A program made the translations under genes and the position numbers. Under the pieces are notes generated by a model, which worked only from the letters and a program-made list of their open reading frames with translations, did no database searches and was not told the DNA's origin. Shown in pieces: positions 43,839 through 64,000 of a stretch of DNA of 64,000 nt. The first letter of the stretch is position 1; each line of letters opens with the position of its first letter. This DNA is from Paraspadella gotoi (lineage: Eukaryota; Animalia; Chaetognatha). The stretch lies in the NCBI GenBank assembly GCA_051294375.1, contig CM119269.1:13610790-13674789 (forward strand), written 5' to 3'.

Positions 43839-46147
43839 GAGCAGGAGAGAGATTGAGATGAAGGGTTTTAAAAAAATACTTAAGCTCGTCTGGATCTTTT
43901 GCCTCTTTACTCTCTTCCGTCAGGCTTTTCGCCTGATTGATCTCGGTCGACGGTCGACTGCTAAGAATTCCTTCGGAAAATAGAAAAGCTGCGATAGAAA
44001 AATAACGACGACGATGACGACGACGACGAAGCGAGATGACCACAGACACAAAGTATGTACTTCCTCAGTCGGTCGGTCTCTTGGTCGGTCCGGTGGTCGG
44101 TCGGTCCACATAATGCCTGGCTTCGATGACACTGTGTGTTCGCCAATTTCGTGATAACGAATTTAGAGTTAACCATAGACATTAAATAATAATCCTATGT
44201 GATTATTTTTTACTTTAATGTCGCATCGTCCTAGTTAATAGGCTTATGGATCACTGCTTTGTACTCAAGTCCCATACAATATTACGTAGTAATAGGTCTC
44301 GCGTTGGTTAATCGCTAAATGTGTTATAAAAAAAAAAAGTTGGCAGGAGTTTCTTTTTGTGACGTTGGGTCCTTGAGTATCAGAATTCATAAGAGTTTTT
44401 GTGAGGCGATGGACAAAGAACTCATTGTTATTTCTGGGACAAGACAAATTTGGGCACAAAACGCAAAACATTGGGAGGAAATTACTATCTGCGTCGAAAT
44501 ATGGATCACCAATTTCAGTAATTTTTCTTAAATAATTAACTAATCTAATAACCACTTCCGTTACTCAAAAATGGCTCGTTGTCCTTTTTTATAGGTCATT
44601 TTTGGGGATTTCGTAATTTGGGAAAAAAATGCGTACAAATATTTACCATTTTAATAAATATGTAAATTATTCAACGATGAAAGTTTAAAGGACCAAACTT
44701 AAAGTCACATCAAAGAGACAAAGGGCGACGAGAAAATTTCAAAAACTTTTCGTTTTTTCGGTTTCAACACATAAATAATTTTAAAAAGTTATGAGTGATT
44801 TTAAAACAGTTGCAAAACTGGCCGTTCATCTTAAACGGTATTACTCAAACGTGGGTAAAACTAATGACATAAAAATCCTGCCATCCAAAAAAAATGAGAA
44901 GGATACGGAAAAATCAAAGCGTTTGTTTTTGGCATCGACCCAGAAATAGTGGCATTTTTTTGAAGATGTTGGCGCTGACATTTTCGATTCTGGCAAAATC
45001 GGGATTGACGAAGGGAACGACTCACAACTGACAGGGTCCCTATGTTGCCCAATAAAACGCTGTATAATCAAGATTGGTGACTTTATTTTCACGTGTATTT
45101 CCCTGACTACATGACTAGAAAATTTATGTATAACAAATGTCTTATAACTTTCTTAGCCCGTGTATTTATGACAGGCATCGGAATTCAATCTTTTATTCTT
45201 TATAGTTTTATGATTTCCTAAAGGCGGCGAAAGCAGTCCCTTTGATTTGAGGTTTTTTTCTTTCTTAACAAATGGGCAGCTAACTATAGGCGAATTATGA
45301 GCGTTTTTAACGTTAGTGGGAAAGACCAACGGACAGACATACCGACCGACCGACCGACAGAAAAGTGACTTAGAGAGTTTCTCCGCGAGTACTCGCAACT
45401 GAAAAGAAAATGAACGAAACGACAACAACAGACGAATATTTCTCATCGACGCAGAATTTCTCACTTCACAAATTCACAATTTCGCGGTGATAAGATAAAA
45501 AAAAGTCTTTGACGGTCCGATTGAAAGAAACGCGACCTTATTTAAAAATCATGTTAATTATCTATTAATCATCAAAGTCATCCCGATTATTTTTACTATT
45601 GTTTCTTTGCGAATGTAAACCAACAATTATAGTCAATGAGATGCCATTCGGTTTTTCCGATTTCAATGAATGGATTCATCTCATTTTGTTAGCTCGACTG
45701 CCTCTAATATTTAATATTTCTTCGTTTTGTTTAAATCTCTGGGAAAAAAACTTGTTACGCAATTCGTCGCGTTTTCGTCTTTAACTTTTTCGATTGTTTA
45801 CTTGTATTGATTTTCTTTGTCCTAAAATCAATTCAGCAATCGTGGGGTAGTTCATTACACAATTAACATTAAACAACAAAATACTTATAATTTCATATGA
45901 ACAAAAACCTAAATATTACAAAATAAAAAAAAAATCGAATCGTAAAGTTTAAAAAAAAATCCAACTTATTACCCCCAAAAAATCGGGTGAACATTTGTTA
46001 AATGTAACACTATTTTGATATTCAATCAATCAATGAATCAATTTAAGAGCTGTTTCGGCCTTTTGAAAAAGTTAGCGACCTTTCTCAGAGAAACCTTATT
46101 TTTCTCTCCTTCAGAACATTTTTAGAGTTCCACCCACTGACGTCACG

Positions 46148-60997
<14,850 letters not shown>

Positions 60998-62560
60998 GTC
61001 GACGACGCTTGCCGACGCGGAGATACCCAGTTTCGGGTTTTATTTTGAAATGATTAAGCAATTACGAATTCTTTTTTTAAATTCCAGTTATTGTTTTGTC
61101 TTTTTTACGGTATTTTTTTGATGTTTTGATGTTCGAGATTTAGTAAGAATTCCGAGGTGGGATATTTTATGTTTTAATAAAATGATTTCAAAACTAAAAT
61201 ATGAGCAGTTTTTATTTAATTGGTGTCGAGAATGAAATATTGTTGTATGTTTTCTTCCTTCAAAAATAAGAATCGGATTGGAATAAACTGAAACCAATTT
61301 GAAAGAACGGATGCTACTGTACTATTTTATTGTATTAACAATAAAATACTTGCATTTTAGCTCATGATATACAAGTCATACATATTTATGTACATATTCT
61401 TTAATAGTCGATTTTTTTTCGCTCTTTTAATGCCGTGTTTGCGCCCCCCGTGCTCAGTGTTATGATTACTGCTTTTAACGAATAAACTTGGAGATTATAA
61501 TTTATGAATTGTTGATATATTTAATATTGCTATCTAGCTAAACTATGTCTTTCACGAACTCAAATCAAATTAAAGAAAAGGTGAAAAAATTGAAAGGAAA
61601 TGTGAGAATTCATTGTCTTTATTGTCTCGTACAATAAATTTAATATCACAATCACAACATCGATAGGGGAATAAACAAACTTTGACAATATTTGTTTATT
61701 AAACGAAGTCACAAAACGTAATGAAAAGACATAATATCATTTATACAATGTTTAGAAATAGTAGAGAAGCTTTAATACTCAGGATTTCTCAAGATGTCGC
61801 GTTTTTTATGAACCAAAGTCTTGAAGGCAACGAAGGTTTAAAAGTCTCATAACAGGGAAGGAAAAAAGAAAATGATATGTGATTGAATAGTAATTAAAAG
61901 ACTAAAAATAGAATCATTAACAGAGGCTTTCGGAATACCTATGGAAAGATCGATGAAACATATTTCGCATGGATTTAGAAAATTATACAATTAAATGAAA
62001 AGGACAAAACTTGGCCAAACGAATTATACAATAAATTTTATGAAGCGAAAGCAACGCAAATTTTAAATTTAAATTTTTAAGTAAAATAATTTAAAAAATA
62101 TGAAAGAAATGGGATGAGATTTCAGAAAACTTTTGGGATAATTCACAAAGCACAATTCTCAAATTACTCATACTTGAATTAGAAAACTCATATTTCAACA
62201 GAAGTTAATAGTTAGTTAATTCATTCAAATGAACTGTTTCAAAAGCAGCGGACTCACATTTGTATAACAAAGAAACGATCGATGATTCACTTTAAAACCA
62301 ACACATGGCAATAAAAGAATTAATCCTATTAAACTACTTGACCAAAAATACTTCACAGGAGGAAGGAATAAGAGATCCGGTTATGGGGACGGAGATCGAA
62401 GATCGAACGGGATCAACGATCAAAGATTTTTCCTTACGACAAGCAAATAATAAAAACCATTTCATTTGAAGCTAAATTTAAGTTTTTCGTTATTTACTAA
62501 ATTTCGTCGAACCAGTTTTGCTGAGACCCTCGCTCGGGTGCTATCTTTCTATCTTTTTTT

Positions 62561-62652
<92 letters not shown>

Positions 62653-62719
62653 TGTCTCTTTCCCCCCTCAATCGTAGAGTTCCGCTTTCCTCGTCTTCCT
62701 TCCCATTTTCGCGTCAGTG

Positions 62720-62905
62720 TCACATCCGATCGAAGTTGGGATTGAGATCATCGCTTGGGGCGTTGATCCTGAGAGAGAGAGAGAAGAGAGAAGAGAGAGA
62801 GCAGAGAGATGAGAGAGAGAAAAAGATTAGAATGAACAGATACGAGACAGTGAGAGAGAAATAGAGAAAGGAAAGCGTAAAAAAAAAAAATAAGCAAGAA
62901 AGAAA

Positions 62906-62936
<31 letters not shown>

Positions 62937-63100
62937 AATAGCCCGCTCCTTCTCCTTCTCCATCCGCTCCATTCTCCCCAAATCACTTGTTCGATCCCAA
63001 CGAAGACGCCGGCGCTCGAACGATGACGTAGCCTTCTCCCGTGGCGTCGCTGGCGTTGGCGTTGAACGTCACGCTGTAGGAGTCGCCCTCTGACGTTTTT
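62720..63100 (-). CDS. 3' exons of an unidentified gene entering from the right (63100-62987, 62768-62720)
   Basis: GC-rich segments after polypyrimidine-CAG acceptors: KTSEGDSYSVTFNANASDATGEGYVIVRAPASSLGSNK|INAPSDDLNPNFDRM*, phase-compatible. Confidence 0.45.
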
Positions 63101-63661
63101 CTGGAAGAAGTGGGGCGGTGGGATGGGGGGGGCGCGGGGAGGTTTAAAAAAAGGTGGAGTTGGATTTAGATCACGATAAATTGTAAAGAATGTAACAATG
63201 TAATAGTCTTTGAAGAAGTAATGAGAACTTCAGCCACCGAAGCCTGTTCAAAAGTCAGTATGTTTGATAATTGATTGATTGAACAAACGGATAGTAGTAC
63301 TATAGTATGTAAAGTGTAGAATAGTATAGTTTAATTTGTAGTTTCATAAGCTAAATATTTCATTTTCCTTTCTCGATACGTGGCGTTTTAGAAATGAAAA
63401 AACTAATGAGAGACAATGACTGAAACAGACAAAAACAAAAATTCCCGCCTTTTTTTTCGTCTTTTAATTCTTGATTTTAGTAAACTGAGTTTTAATTTAA
63501 TTAAATAGAGTTTTATCGACGATATTCCTACAACGAGAACGACAGCGCCTCACGAGCAAATAAAATTAAAATATTTTTTTAGCTAAAATAAAAATAAAAA
63601 TAAAAAAGCTCAGAAGCAGGATCTTCATCATTCTCTCTCTCCAAGTTGTGCAGGGGATTCG

Positions 63662-63693
<32 letters not shown>

Positions 63694-64000
63694 GTCCTCC
63701 TTCTTCTCTTCCCCTCTCCCTCCTCCACCCTTTCCCTCTCGTCTCCTCTCTCTCAACCGGAAAGAAAAATCCGAAACTCGTAAAAGGAAAGAGGAAGTTT
63801 GGAAAATCAAAAAACGGACGAGATTTTCGTCGTTAAAAGGCTTCGATGTTTCTCTCTTCAGAGAGGCAGTTATATTATTTGTTGTTTATATTACACAAAA
63901 AATACAAACAAACCGCGTTATTAGTGAGTCTTTAAGTTCAACTAAATCCGTGGAGCTTCAGAGGCCAAAAAAATTATATGAAAAAAAATTTGTAAAAATT

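Noticed and set aside
42241-44049. Poly-X ORFs
   Set aside because: Artefacts of N-gaps.
44319-45092. Possible transposase remnant
   Set aside because: No identifiable motif, TIR or TSD by eye.
46047-46092. Hammerhead-like string on the minus strand (CTGAGAA-A-GGTC...GGCC-GAAACAGCTC)
   Set aside because: Core G8 is missing, there is no helix I and no inverted partner or TSD; at best a decayed remnant.

Overview
Intron-rich eukaryotic DNA, most likely from an invertebrate animal, with four N-gaps and abundant (AG)n/(CT)n, (GAC)n and (TTTC)n microsatellites. Most ORF-track entries are repeat or gap artefacts. Manual splicing supports about ten genes: the GSAP/pigeon first exon (-), an orphan two-TM protein (-), MCFD2 (+), EED/esc (+), an SLC6 amino-acid-type transporter (+), a ~109-aa orphan basic protein (+), an ACTMAP/C19orf54-like protease (+), an ankyrin-repeat/SOCS-box protein (-), an ETNPPL/PHYKPL-like class-III PLP enzyme (+, with frameshifts that are probably assembly errors) and the 3' end of an unknown gene (-). 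The standout signal is a family of three short palindromic insertions (~22.9, ~40.6-41.7 and ~51.4-51.8 kb). Each carries two outward-facing minimal hammerhead-ribozyme motifs, one per strand (CUGANGA-A-GGCU..AGCC-GAAACAUGU-H; degenerate in the 22.9 kb copy). Each also has a CT/AG-rich core and a 12-14 bp target-site duplication, which points to non-autonomous Penelope-like fold-back retroelements. One copy can be compared with an empty paralogous site in the same intron. Also present are a TRIM-like LTR element, hAT- and Kolobok-type MITEs, Helentron-associated (DINE-1-like) elements, a telomere-repeat-containing interspersed family and tandemly amplified splice donors. All calls were made by eye; no database search was run.
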